Assembly: GCA_937903035.1 (NCBI GenBank)
Contig: CALCZP010000004.1
Coordinates: 12,570-76,569, forward strand
Length of the DNA stretch: 64,000 bases
Direction of reading: 5' to 3'
From: an uncultured bacterium
Lineage (GTDB): Bacteria > Patescibacteriota > Minisyncoccia > Phycocordibacterales > UBA9973
The notes below the pieces were generated by a model. It was given only the letters and a program-made list of their open reading frames with translations. It was not told the DNA's origin and searched no databases. The translations under genes and the position numbers were made by a program. Positions 7,431-16,868 of the stretch are shown one piece after another; position 1 is the first letter of the stretch, and every line of letters begins with the position of its first letter.

Positions 7431-8243
7431 TTAAGCCATAACACGTTTTTTGGAAGGATATAGACTTTTTGCTCTCTGTATATAGAGTTTTGTAACATCA
7501 ACATCCAGATGATCACCAGGTCTGCCTGATTTGGTCAACTGGCTTTGAGCATCAATACTCACCCCATATCGTTTTACAAGCTCAGCTACTCTCCACACCG
7601 TCTTGGGACCGAGAGCTCCGGCAACTGTAAACTGCAGTTCACTGGTAAGGTTACAAATACCATCAATATATCCCTCAACACCTGGAAGATCTATTGCGTA
7701 GCCTTCCCCGCCAGATGCGTCAATGAGTACATGAGAAATAATACCAACATAGTGCTTCACTTCATGAGCAATTTTTATCGGATCCTCATTGTGCATATAC
7801 ATTGCATCTCTTCCAATCTGAAGGATAAGATCAATGTCAGGACATTTTTTCTTGAATGCTTCAAGCTCAGCAGGATCTGGCCATATCATGTCGAGCTGTA
7901 AAGCTTTCATGTTGGGACCACAAAGATCTACTACTGATGAAAGCTCTGCACATAGATGAAATCCCCGATCTGCATCATAATTTGCATAATGCACAGAGTT
8001 TACTATGCGACAATCTCGAACACTGAAAATATCTTTCAATGTTGTAACTGATGGATAGACACTTGCATGCTTTGTTGGCTTATCATGAAGTATCTTGTGA
8101 CTGGTCATAGCGCCAACCATAAACTGAGGGGTACTTTCATCAAAACCAGGAAGCACTTTCCATACTTCCATAACCTGCTCACCTGACTGAAATCCACAAG
8201 CACCAATGTAGGTACCTAATTTTTTTGTTTGTTTTTGTTGCAT
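7431..8243 (-). CDS. TrpF-like (phosphoribosylanthranilate isomerase fold) TIM-barrel protein
   Basis: VLIDASGGEG, AGALGP and SIDAQS motifs; no other trp genes nearby. Confidence 0.6.
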   Translation of the reverse strand: MQQKQTKKLGTYIGACGFQSGEQVMEVWKVLPGFDESTPQFMVGAMTSHKILHDKPTKHASVYPSVTTLKDIFSVRDCRIVNSVHYANYDADRGFHLCAELSSVVDLCGPNMKALQLDMIWPDPAELEAFKKKCPDIDLILQIGRDAMYMHNEDPIKIAHEVKHYVGIISHVLIDASGGEGYAIDLPGVEGYIDGICNLTSELQFTVAGALGPKTVWRVAELVKRYGVSIDAQSQLTKSGRPGDHLDVDVTKLYIQRAKSLYPSKKRVMA

Positions 8244-8336
8244 ATGATGTACTATTTTGTTTTTCTTTACAGTACTACAGAATTAACAAAAGTCAAATAA
8301 TCTACCGAGGTCAAAAAACCATTACGTAACAATATA

Positions 8337-8362
8337 AAAACCACCGAATATTCGGTGGTTTT
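8337..8362 (-). terminator. Intrinsic terminator of the arginine kinase gene
   Basis: AAAACCACCGAA-TA-TTCGGTGGTTTT. Confidence 0.7.
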
Positions 8363-8366
8363 ATTT

Positions 8367-9383
8367 TTATAATGCTTTTTCGATTTCAATAAGCTTTTTA
8401 ACTCCATTGTAGAGCTGCTCATAAATCTCACGCTCAGTCACTCCTAAGCGACGTTTATTTGAGATATCATAGATACCATCTGATGATTCAGAATGTTCTC
8501 CATGTACACCACGGATTGATAATCCGAGTGTGCCACAAATTGCTTTGAAATTTTGACTGTTTGAAAACTTTGGAATCCTAATATGTACTGATGCACGCAT
8601 TGCAGTTCCAAGGTTTGTCGGACAAGTCGTGTGATACCCACGAAGATCATCAAATGCAAAGTTGATTTTCTCATTGATAAAATTCAATGCTGTTGCCAAT
8701 CGGGTAAACACTTCAGCGATGTCAGCTCCTGGCTGCATACTTATGATACGCATACTGTCTTCTTCTGAAACCCAGACAAGGAATTTCTTGTCGTCAGAAA
8801 AGAAAATTCCACGATTCTTTGGCCAATCACGATTTACACCGGCACTTTCCAAGAAACGGTCGCCTTGCTTGAACAAAAAATGATCCTCAACCATTTTGGC
8901 ACGAACTTCTTCGCTCATACCATCAAGTGGAAAATACTCACCCTTAAGTGTTCCTGGGAGTTGTTTCAATGCTTCAATAATTTCGGATTCCATAGCAGCA
9001 CGATCTTCTGCTGAGATAGCAGAAGGAAAAGCATACTTTGCAAAATTACGACCAACACGAATACGGGTTGATACAACATAATTACCTTCAGGGTCTAAGT
9101 TTTCAACAGGAAGACCGGTGAGTGAGAAATCACTCTTATGCCCGCTCATATCATAATTATGATACTCCTTGATAACAGGATCAAAAAGAGAGGCAAGTAT
9201 AGTATACGATTCAGGATCTCCTGCATATACACCAATACTGGAGTCCTGGTTATCAATACCAGACTGAATTGCCTTTTGAAGAGTCCAGCCATGTGGTGTA
9301 ACAGCAGTAGCTAGCTGTTCTTGTACTTGTTCAGTACAATGCTTTTTCATTAACATGTCAGGGTTTTGTGTGTTTTTTGTCAT
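8367..9383 (-). CDS. Arginine kinase (ATP:guanido phosphotransferase with N-terminal domain)
   Basis: SGIDNQDSSIGVYAGDPESY, STRIRVGRN, FKQGDRFL, SEED, TCPTNLGT, RGVHGEHS, DISNKRRLG. Confidence 0.92.
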   Translation of the reverse strand: MTKNTQNPDMLMKKHCTEQVQEQLATAVTPHGWTLQKAIQSGIDNQDSSIGVYAGDPESYTILASLFDPVIKEYHNYDMSGHKSDFSLTGLPVENLDPEGNYVVSTRIRVGRNFAKYAFPSAISAEDRAAMESEIIEALKQLPGTLKGEYFPLDGMSEEVRAKMVEDHFLFKQGDRFLESAGVNRDWPKNRGIFFSDDKKFLVWVSEEDSMRIISMQPGADIAEVFTRLATALNFINEKINFAFDDLRGYHTTCPTNLGTAMRASVHIRIPKFSNSQNFKAICGTLGLSIRGVHGEHSESSDGIYDISNKRRLGVTEREIYEQLYNGVKKLIEIEKAL

Positions 9384-9482
9384 AAAGAACGTATTTTAAT
9401 ATAAATTTTTATATAATACTAACTTATAAAGTTTTTTTGTCAATTACACCATAAATCCCCGTCTTGTGAACGGGGATTTTTT

Positions 9483-9803
9483 CTACATCTTTTTTTTCTT
9501 TCTGAGATCAAAGTAGTTCGTGATTTTTATAAACTCAACTTCTGCTTCACATCCTAACTCTTCGAGTACCTCAATGACCTGATGAACGATGGCAAATTCA
9601 CTACTAAACATACGCAGGAATGGGCGATCTGTTTTTTCGGTATCAATTACTTTAGTCTTAATTTCAGAAAATGTTACGTTTTTGTAATCATCTTCTGAAA
9701 AAACTTTTTTTAAAGCATCGAGTAGATTATCACGAAGACTCATAAAGCCTGAATGAGAATAACCATGAAATTCAATTAAAGGAGCATAACTAGAGTGTTG
9801 CAT
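9483..9803 (-). CDS. Hypothetical protein
   Basis: 106-aa ORF with its own TTGACA promoter and a downstream hairpin. Confidence 0.6.
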   Translation of the reverse strand: MQHSSYAPLIEFHGYSHSGFMSLRDNLLDALKKVFSEDDYKNVTFSEIKTKVIDTEKTDRPFLRMFSSEFAIVHQVIEVLEELGCEAEVEFIKITNYFDLRKKKKM

Positions 9804-9854
9804 AGTATACTATTTTTCAAAACCATATATGTATTTTTTAAATTTGTCAATAAT

Positions 9855-11321
9855 CTAGTCTTGGCGAGGCTTCAGAAGTGGAAAGATTTGTGATTCGCGT
9901 ACTGGCTTGTCGAGGAGGAATGAGAAGAGTCGCTCTGATACACCAAAGCCAAATGCTGGCGGCATACCATACTCCATCGCCTCGACATATTCCATATCTG
10001 CCATTTGTGCCTCATCATCCCCCGCATCACGGAGATCTTGCTGCTTCATAAAGCGCTCCTTTTGATCTACCGGATCATTGAGTTCACTAAAGCCTTTGCC
10101 GACTTCACTCCCCGCAATGATGACTTGGAAGCGTTCTACAGTCTGGGGGTTAGTACGATTTTTCTTTGCAAGTGGCTCGAGATAGACAGGAACGTTAACA
10201 AGGAATCCTGGACCACCGAGTGATTTGCGCACTTTTTTCCAGAGCAGATCCACTCCACGCTCAACAGAGATAGCTTTCTTGTCATACTCAATACCATGTT
10301 TGATAAGTGCAGCTTCGATTTCATCTACTGATGTCGCAAGTGCATCAATACCATAATGCTCCGCAATGATTGCGACAAAGTCATATGTCACCCAATCAGC
10401 ATTAAGGTCCACAGTAAATCCTTTGATGGTAAATGTTGTCGTACCAAACGTTTTTTCAGCGATTTCTCGATAGAGTCTCTTGATCATTTCCATTCCTTTC
10501 AAGTAGTCACTGTATGCCATATAGAACTCCATCTGTGTGTAGTCCTGGAGATGTTCGGCAGACATGCCTTCGTTGCGGAAAATGCGACCGATCTCAAAGG
10601 TGCGAGGAATACCTGCCACAAGGAGCTTCTTTTGCCAAAGCTCACCTGCTGAGATACGAAGGAAGACCTCCATATCAAGTGCATTATGATGTGTCACAAA
10701 TGGTCGAGCCTCTGCACCACCTGTTGTATTTTCAAGCACCGGTGTTTCAACTTCAACAAAGTCTTGTGCAAGCAAAAATGATCGCATCGTATTCCAAAAG
10801 ACTGAGCGCTTTTTCACCATCTCAGCCACATCAGCGTTTCCAAGAATATCGAGATATCGCTTGCGAAGCTTTTCTTCAGGATCTTCGATACCGTACCACC
10901 CATCAGGAATAGGACGCAGACTTTTCGCAAGCATATGCCAACTTTTTACAAACAAACTCTGTGCACCGCGTTGTGTCGTGTATGCAGTACCGATGACTTC
11001 GATAAAGTCTCCCGTATCAGCAGTATCAGTAAAGAGCGCATAGAGTGCACTATCCATCCCATCAGACTTAAATACGAGCTGTGTCTTTGCAGTTCCATCA
11101 AAGAGATCGACAAATGCGAGGGCACCTTGTCCACGTTTGGACATGATGCGACCAGCAAGCGTGATTTCATCCTTCCCTGCTTCGTATAAACTGAAACGAT
11201 CAATAAACGTCGCAACCGTATCAGTACGATGTGATGCGGCAGGATAGGACTCAATACCTTTTTCTTTGAGGAGCTCAATCTTTTTCAGTCGGTCGTTCCG
11301 GAGTTCTTCAATGGATGCCAT
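9855..11321 (-). CDS. lysS: Lysine--tRNA ligase (class II)
   Basis: GGAEARPFVTHHNAL, FRNEG, YGMPPAFGFG; start moved to ATG 11321 behind TACAAT. Confidence 0.96.
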   Translation of the reverse strand: MASIEELRNDRLKKIELLKEKGIESYPAASHRTDTVATFIDRFSLYEAGKDEITLAGRIMSKRGQGALAFVDLFDGTAKTQLVFKSDGMDSALYALFTDTADTGDFIEVIGTAYTTQRGAQSLFVKSWHMLAKSLRPIPDGWYGIEDPEEKLRKRYLDILGNADVAEMVKKRSVFWNTMRSFLLAQDFVEVETPVLENTTGGAEARPFVTHHNALDMEVFLRISAGELWQKKLLVAGIPRTFEIGRIFRNEGMSAEHLQDYTQMEFYMAYSDYLKGMEMIKRLYREIAEKTFGTTTFTIKGFTVDLNADWVTYDFVAIIAEHYGIDALATSVDEIEAALIKHGIEYDKKAISVERGVDLLWKKVRKSLGGPGFLVNVPVYLEPLAKKNRTNPQTVERFQVIIAGSEVGKGFSELNDPVDQKERFMKQQDLRDAGDDEAQMADMEYVEAMEYGMPPAFGFGVSERLFSFLLDKPVRESQIFPLLKPRQD

Positions 11322-11360
11322 ATCCGGAGATTGTACTAAAAAATAAGCCAAAAAGCACCT

Positions 11361-12428
11361 TTATATCCCTTCTTTCTTGAGTTGCTCGATCACTTCCTTT
11401 GCATGCTTGGAGAGTTTCTCAGGAAGGCGGATGTCGAGTTTGATGATGAAGTTGCCGCGACGAGAGCCATGTGGCACACCTTTGCCTTTGAGGGTGATCA
11501 TCTCGCCAACTGTTGTACCAGACGGGATCGATACTTTCTCCACACCATCAAGTGTTTCGATATCGTACTCAGTACCGAGGAGTGCGTCAGTGAGCTTGAT
11601 CGGGAGATTGATGATGAGATCATTCCCCTGACGAGCAATAGTCTTGTGCGTAGACACACTCACGCGAACATAGAGATCGCCTGACTGGCCACCCTTGATC
11701 GCTTCGCCAAGTCCAGTAAGTCTGAGCGTCTCGCCATGTTGAATACCAGTAGGCACATTGATCTTGATCGTGCGAGGTTCGTTGACCACACCCTTACCTT
11801 TACAGGTATCACACCGTGTCTTTGGAATCTTGCCAATACCATCACATGTTGGGCAGGTTTGTGTTGTTTGGATAGAGCCGAGAATGGTACGCTGTACTGC
11901 CTTAACGACACCACTACCGTGACACTGGCCACATATATCGACATGCGTACCAGGCTTTGCACCATCACCCTTACACGTCGTACAGGTCGAAGGTTTAGTG
12001 ACACGGATTTCCTTTTCAACACCGAATATTGACTCTTTAAATGTGAGACTGATAGAGGTCTGGAGATCTGCTCCGCGACGAGCCTTGGGACGGCGATTGC
12101 CACCACCAAACATGTCACCAAACATGTCACCGAGATCAAACTCAAATCCGCCCGCATTTTGCCCAAAGCCACCGAAATCAAATCCGCCAAAGCCTTGACC
12201 ACCTCCACCACCCATTTGTGGCCCATCCGCTCCAAACTGATCGTATGATGCACGCTTCTGATCGTCAGAAAGTGTCTGATATGCCTGGTTCACTTCCTTG
12301 AACTTGCTGTCATCTCCGCCGTTTTTGTCCGGGTGGTGCTTGTGCGCAAGCTTATGAAAAGCTTTCTTGATTTCGTCCTTGGAGGCGCTTTTGCTGACGC
12401 CCAATGTCTCGTAATAGTCTTTTGCCAT
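11361..12428 (-). CDS. dnaJ: Chaperone DnaJ
   Basis: J domain with HPD, G/F-rich region, four CxxCxGxG repeats. Confidence 0.97.
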   Translation of the reverse strand: MAKDYYETLGVSKSASKDEIKKAFHKLAHKHHPDKNGGDDSKFKEVNQAYQTLSDDQKRASYDQFGADGPQMGGGGGQGFGGFDFGGFGQNAGGFEFDLGDMFGDMFGGGNRRPKARRGADLQTSISLTFKESIFGVEKEIRVTKPSTCTTCKGDGAKPGTHVDICGQCHGSGVVKAVQRTILGSIQTTQTCPTCDGIGKIPKTRCDTCKGKGVVNEPRTIKINVPTGIQHGETLRLTGLGEAIKGGQSGDLYVRVSVSTHKTIARQGNDLIINLPIKLTDALLGTEYDIETLDGVEKVSIPSGTTVGEMITLKGKGVPHGSRRGNFIIKLDIRLPEKLSKHAKEVIEQLKKEGI

Positions 12429-12508
12429 AGGGCTATAATAGCATAATCATGCTGCTATTGACAATACTATATTTATATGATATTATATACTTAATAAACA
12501 AACAAATT

Positions 12509-12634
12509 ATGAAAAAGATATTCAGTGTTCTTTTAGTTGCCGTGATAGTAAGTATTGCATTCAGCAGCTGTGCTGGTGAAAAAACGATGACCGTGTTTGG
12601 CAATACTGTCAAAGGCAACAAATGCAAAGGATAA
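12509..12634 (+). CDS. 41-aa lipoprotein-like peptide
   Basis: MKKIFSVLLVAVIVSIAFSS-C lipobox; TTGACA(12458)-N17-TATTAT promoter. Confidence 0.6.
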   Translation: MKKIFSVLLVAVIVSIAFSSCAGEKTMTVFGNTVKGNKCKG

Positions 12635-12653
12635 ACCCTTTCAAAGTAATGCA

Positions 12654-12680
12654 AATCCCCTTCTTTTCAGAAGGGGATTT
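12654..12680. terminator. Bidirectional hairpin between two convergent small ORFs
   Basis: AAATCCCCTTCT-TTTC-AGAAGGGGATTT. Confidence 0.7.
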
Positions 12681-12685
12681 ATTTA

Positions 12686-12763
12686 TTATCGGTGACGCAT
12701 TGAGACAGTCTTGCCGTCCTTCTTGCGCTTGTTCTTAGCAGCGATTTTGCGTTTCTTGTTCAT
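12686..12763 (-). CDS. 25-aa highly basic peptide
   Basis: MNKKRKIAAKNKRKKDGKTVSMRHR-TAA-TAA; GCTATAGT -10 element just upstream; terminator downstream. Confidence 0.6.
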   Translation of the reverse strand: MNKKRKIAAKNKRKKDGKTVSMRHR

Positions 12764-12829
12764 ATGTCCTAGCACTATAGCATAGAAATCCAAAAGAAAA
12801 AGCCCTGATACGACAGGGCTTAAGATTTT

Positions 12830-13243
12830 TTAAATCAGTTTAACTTTATGAGCTAACTCGTAAGTTTTTTCTGCATCCTCCTTTGAGAGGTCAAATTCAC
12901 TAGTCCAATGCATGATCCATTCTTCTTTCGGGGAATGCATTGTTGGTAAATATGATCCTGAAAGAAACATGCCGTCTTTTTCAGCTAAACCTGCTTGAGT
13001 GAGTTTGTTTTTTACTTCCTTTAAAGCTTTTCTAATTTGTCTTTCAAAATCAGCATGAGGTGTAAATTTTTGTAAGCCCTCAGCAATTTCTTTTGGAGAA
13101 ACGATAATTAAATCAGCAACCGTTATAACTTTTACTACTTGTCGTTTATCGCCGGCGATGAGCCAATTTATAAATTCAAATGGTAAACAGCTTTTCTTTA
13201 GTTTAGTAATTTTGCAAACCTCAGAAGTAAGTATATTTTTCAT
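12830..13243 (-). CDS. Hypothetical protein, RNAP alpha-CTD-like segment
   Basis: ITVADLIIVSPKEI...KALKEVKNKLTQAGL resembles alpha-CTD helices. Confidence 0.5.
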   Translation of the reverse strand: MKNILTSEVCKITKLKKSCLPFEFINWLIAGDKRQVVKVITVADLIIVSPKEIAEGLQKFTPHADFERQIRKALKEVKNKLTQAGLAEKDGMFLSGSYLPTMHSPKEEWIMHWTSEFDLSKEDAEKTYELAHKVKLI

Positions 13244-13348
13244 TGTTTATTATTTTGGTGAAGAACTTTCTATATAATAGCACATATTTATATATACGTC
13301 AATAACACAAAAAGCCCTATTTCTAGGGCTTTTTGGAGGTTTTTTCGA

Positions 13349-15244
13349 TTATTTGGTTTCTTCACCTGATGCGTCGCGGACATTTTCCGTACCATCATCT
13401 GAGATTTCAGTTGGCTGAGGTTCTGCGGCAGTAGACTGTTCGCCATTCTTGGAGATATGCTCACCAATCTTTTGCATTTCCATTGAGAGCGCATGAGTCG
13501 CGGCTTCGAGTGCAGCCTTGTCATCCCCTTCCTTTGCTTTCTTCAACTCATCAATCTTAGCCTGTACTCCAGACTTGATGTCATCAGTGATAGCAGCTGC
13601 ATGTTCGATGAGTGCCTTCTCTGCTGAGAAGATCATCATATCTGCAGTGTTCTTCGCATCCACGAGCGCCTTCTTGGCTTCGTCTTCGGTTGCATGGAGT
13701 TCGGCATCTTTTTTCATACGCTCGATATCATCTGCAGTGAGACCTGATGATGCTTCGATACGGATGGACTGCTCTTTGCCAGTACCCTTGTCCTTGGCCT
13801 TTACATTGAGGATACCGTTGGCATCGACATCAAAGGTGACTTCGATTTGTGGCATGCCGCGTGGTGCTGGTGCAATACCATCGAGGATAAATCGTCCGAG
13901 GGACTTGTTGTCAGCTGCCATTGGGCGCTCACCTTGCGTGATATGAATCTCAACTGACGGCTGATTGTCGACCGCAGTTGAGAATACCTGACTCTTTGAT
14001 GATGGGATCGTTGTGTTGCGCTCAACGAGCTTGGTTGCTACACCACCCATCGTCTCGATACCGAGTGAAAGCGGGATCACATCAAGAAGGAGCACATCGC
14101 GCACATCACCCTGGAGCACACCACCCTGCACTGCAGCACCAAGTGCTACCACTTCGTCCGGGTTGATTGAGCGATTTGGTTCCTTGCCAAAGAGTTTTTG
14201 CACCTCTTCGACGATCTTTGGCATGCGAGTTTGCCCACCGACGAGAATGATCTCGTTGATATCAGACATTGCAAAGCCTGATGCTTCGACAGCACGCTTG
14301 GTGATCTCGATAGAGCGAGTCACGTATTCATCAGCGATACTTTCGAGCTGCGCGCGAGACATCTTAAGGAGCAAGTGCTGCGGACCTTCGGCGGTCGACG
14401 TAATGAACGGAATGTTGATCTCGGTCTCCATGGTTGTTGAGAGCTCGATCTTTGCTTTTTCAGCAGCCTCGTCCAGTCGCTGCTTTGCGAGCGGATCATT
14501 CATCACATCCACACCGGATGACTTTTTGAATTCATCAGCAATCCACTGCATAATCTTGAGATCAATATCACGACCTCCCATCATTGAGTCACCATCAGTA
14601 GACTTTACTTCGATGACATCGTTTGAGATCTCGAGTACTGACACGTCAAACGTACCACCACCGAGGTCGTAAATCACAACCTTTTCTTCCTTTTTAGTAT
14701 CAAGACCATATGCAAGCGCTGCTGCAGTCGGCTCGTTGATGATCCGCTTCACATCGAGACCTGCGATCGCACCGGCGTCCTTGGTCGCCTTTCGCTGTGC
14801 ATCGTTGAAGTATGCAGGCACGGTGATGATCGCTTCGGTAACTTTCTCACCGAGCTTTGCTTCAACGTCTGCCTTGATCTTCTGAAGGATCATTGCTGAT
14901 ACTTCCTCTGGACGATAGTCCTTGTCGCCGAGATGTACGAGAATGCCGCCATCAGGACCTTTTGAAACCTTGAACGGCGAGCTCTTGATCACCGCATCCA
15001 TGCCATGATCGTCGTACTGGTGACCCATGAAGCGCTTGATACCATAAATGGTATTTTGCGGGTTGGTCACTGCCTGACGCTTGGCAAGGAGCCCAACGAG
15101 GCGGTCGCCGCCTTTGCCCACCGCAACGATAGACGGAGTTGTACGTGCACCTTCGATGTTTTCAATAATTTTTGGCTGCCCACCTTCGATGATGGCGACA
15201 GCTGAGTTTGTAGTTCCAAGGTCAATTCCAATGATTTTAGCCAT
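13349..15244 (-). CDS. dnaK: Chaperone DnaK
   Basis: [25 protein letters not shown]. Confidence 0.98.
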   Translation of the reverse strand: MAKIIGIDLGTTNSAVAIIEGGQPKIIENIEGARTTPSIVAVGKGGDRLVGLLAKRQAVTNPQNTIYGIKRFMGHQYDDHGMDAVIKSSPFKVSKGPDGGILVHLGDKDYRPEEVSAMILQKIKADVEAKLGEKVTEAIITVPAYFNDAQRKATKDAGAIAGLDVKRIINEPTAAALAYGLDTKKEEKVVIYDLGGGTFDVSVLEISNDVIEVKSTDGDSMMGGRDIDLKIMQWIADEFKKSSGVDVMNDPLAKQRLDEAAEKAKIELSTTMETEINIPFITSTAEGPQHLLLKMSRAQLESIADEYVTRSIEITKRAVEASGFAMSDINEIILVGGQTRMPKIVEEVQKLFGKEPNRSINPDEVVALGAAVQGGVLQGDVRDVLLLDVIPLSLGIETMGGVATKLVERNTTIPSSKSQVFSTAVDNQPSVEIHITQGERPMAADNKSLGRFILDGIAPAPRGMPQIEVTFDVDANGILNVKAKDKGTGKEQSIRIEASSGLTADDIERMKKDAELHATEDEAKKALVDAKNTADMMIFSAEKALIEHAAAITDDIKSGVQAKIDELKKAKEGDDKAALEAATHALSMEMQKIGEHISKNGEQSTAAEPQPTEISDDGTENVRDASGEETK

Positions 15245-15279
15245 ACTATTTAAACAAATATAAGTCTAATAAATCGGTC

Positions 15280-15347
15280 ATAAGAAACATCTCTTTTCGA
15301 AAAGCCAGACCCAAGCCTAACCCTTTTCTCAAAAAGATATTTCTTAT
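15280..15347 (-). promoter_or_regulatory. Long G-U-rich hairpin in the dnaK 5' leader
   Basis: Pairs on the dnaK strand using G-U wobbles; lies between TATACT (15399-15404) and the ATG. Confidence 0.6.
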
Positions 15348-15420
15348 TCCCTCTATTTTACGTGTATTCCGCGAACGCGAAATACTTGTACAAAGAGCAG
15401 TATAGTGCTAGCATTTTCAC

Positions 15421-15954
15421 ATGTCAACAAGTGGCGACAAAAACTCCGGCTATTCCAAGAAAATCCTCAAGCTTCTGGGCTCAAAACGGGCTATTTCCGA
15501 GTCTGAACTCACCGAATTGATGGATGTCTCGGGTCCGAGCAAGTATGCCCTCACACGCTCCCTCAAAGGCCTCTCTGACACCGGCCTCGTCGAGACCCAT
15601 CACTCAGGTCGCCAGACCTATGCGAGCCTCACCAAGGATGGCAAACGCAAGCTTCACAGTATCTCACTTGAGTCAGATGCCGCGCTCGTTGATCCCAACT
15701 GGGATGGCAAATGGCGTATCGTAATGCTCGACCTCCCCGAAGATCGCAAGACTGAACGTGAAGGCCTCCGCTACCTCCTAAAAAAAGCAGGGTTTGTGTG
15801 TCTGAAAAATGCAGTGTGGATTTCACCACAACCGTTTGAGCACCTCTTTATGAATATTAAAAAAGACCTCGGTCTGACGACTGAGATCATGATATTTGTG
15901 ACCGATACACTTGATAGTGCAACAGAAGAAGCGTTTAAAGAAATAGTGAAATAA
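15421..15954 (+). CDS. PaaX-like transcriptional regulator (wHTH + Cas2-like central domain)
   Basis: WDGKWRIVMLDLPE...LRYLLKKAGF..LKNAVWISP. Confidence 0.85.
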   Translation: MSTSGDKNSGYSKKILKLLGSKRAISESELTELMDVSGPSKYALTRSLKGLSDTGLVETHHSGRQTYASLTKDGKRKLHSISLESDAALVDPNWDGKWRIVMLDLPEDRKTEREGLRYLLKKAGFVCLKNAVWISPQPFEHLFMNIKKDLGLTTEIMIFVTDTLDSATEEAFKEIVK

Positions 15955-15999
15955 AAAAACCCTTACAAAAGTAAGGGTAATGTTTTTAACGGTAGTTAA

Positions 16000-16194
16000 T
16001 TAATAGGCTCTTCTGAAAACACTTTTTGGTTCGTTTGATTCATTTATTTTATTCACAAATAAACAAACTAAACCGGCAAAGGCCAAAACTTCAGATGCTG
16101 CCCATAAACCAATATCTGTTTTTTGCACGGCAATCATAAATACAAGAACGGACGCTGCAAAAGATGCAAGACCAATAATCACTAACTTTTTCAT
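16000..16194 (-). CDS. Small 2-TM membrane protein
   Basis: Two hydrophobic segments; TTGACT-N17-TATAAT promoter upstream. Confidence 0.55.
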   Translation of the reverse strand: MKKLVIIGLASFAASVLVFMIAVQKTDIGLWAASEVLAFAGLVCLFVNKINESNEPKSVFRRAY

Positions 16195-16254
16195 ATATGT
16201 AGTTTTTAAGTTCATTTACATTATAGCACTATATACTATAAAAGTCAATACAAG

Positions 16255-16818
16255 CTATTTCGCCTTGTAGACAGAGACTCGTGCGGGACGGAGAATGTTT
16301 TCACCGAGTTTGTAACCTTGCTGGAGGACTGAGGCAATTTTGTGATCGAATGCTAGGTCTTCTGTTTCAGTATCAGACACTGCCTGATGAAGCATTGGGT
16401 CAAAGGTCTCGCCTACTGCCCCAAACACCGCGAATCCACGAGCACTGAGCGTATTCATGAGCTGCTGATGGATGTACTCCACGCCGGTGCGCCATCCTGC
16501 ATCTACCTTTTCCCATGCTTCCTTGTTGGCCATTGCCATACCAAAGCTATCTACGACAGGCAGGAGCTCTTCGATGAATGCTTCCTCTGCAAATCCTTTC
16601 ATACGCTTTTTGTCTTCCTCAGACGTTTTCACAATATTTGCATAGTCCGCACGAGCGCGCTGCCAGCCATCGAGGTATTCCTGTTTCTCTTTTTCGAGCT
16701 CTTTGATCTTGTCCTTCAATTGCCTTACCTTTGCAGTAGCGTCAAGCTCCATTCCCTCTTCGGTACTCGGCACGATCTCATCGTCGTATACAATTTCGTC
16801 AGTAGTGTTGTCGTCCAT
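16255..16818 (-). CDS. grpE: Nucleotide exchange factor GrpE
   Basis: QRARADYAN, FDPMLHQAV, QQGYKL..ILRPARVSV. Confidence 0.95.
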   Translation of the reverse strand: MDDNTTDEIVYDDEIVPSTEEGMELDATAKVRQLKDKIKELEKEKQEYLDGWQRARADYANIVKTSEEDKKRMKGFAEEAFIEELLPVVDSFGMAMANKEAWEKVDAGWRTGVEYIHQQLMNTLSARGFAVFGAVGETFDPMLHQAVSDTETEDLAFDHKIASVLQQGYKLGENILRPARVSVYKAK

Positions 16819-16868
16819 ATGCCCTTGATTATACTTATTTTTCAAAAACAAAAAAGCCCCGAAGGGCT

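Noticed and set aside
8367-9383. McsB protein-arginine kinase
   Set aside because: It has the phosphagen-kinase N-terminal domain and lacks ctsR-mcsA-clpC context.
13518-14672. Long + strand ORFs antisense to dnaK
   Set aside because: Shadow frames produced by codon bias; the same applies to antisense ORFs over parB, mrdA and lysS.
15398-15412. CIRCE element upstream of dnaK
   Set aside because: Only a TAGCACT half-site; the inverted partner at 9-bp spacing is absent.
15421-15954. Cas2-like domain suggesting CRISPR-Cas
   Set aside because: It is the central domain of a PaaX-like protein; no cas1 and no repeat-spacer array in the window.
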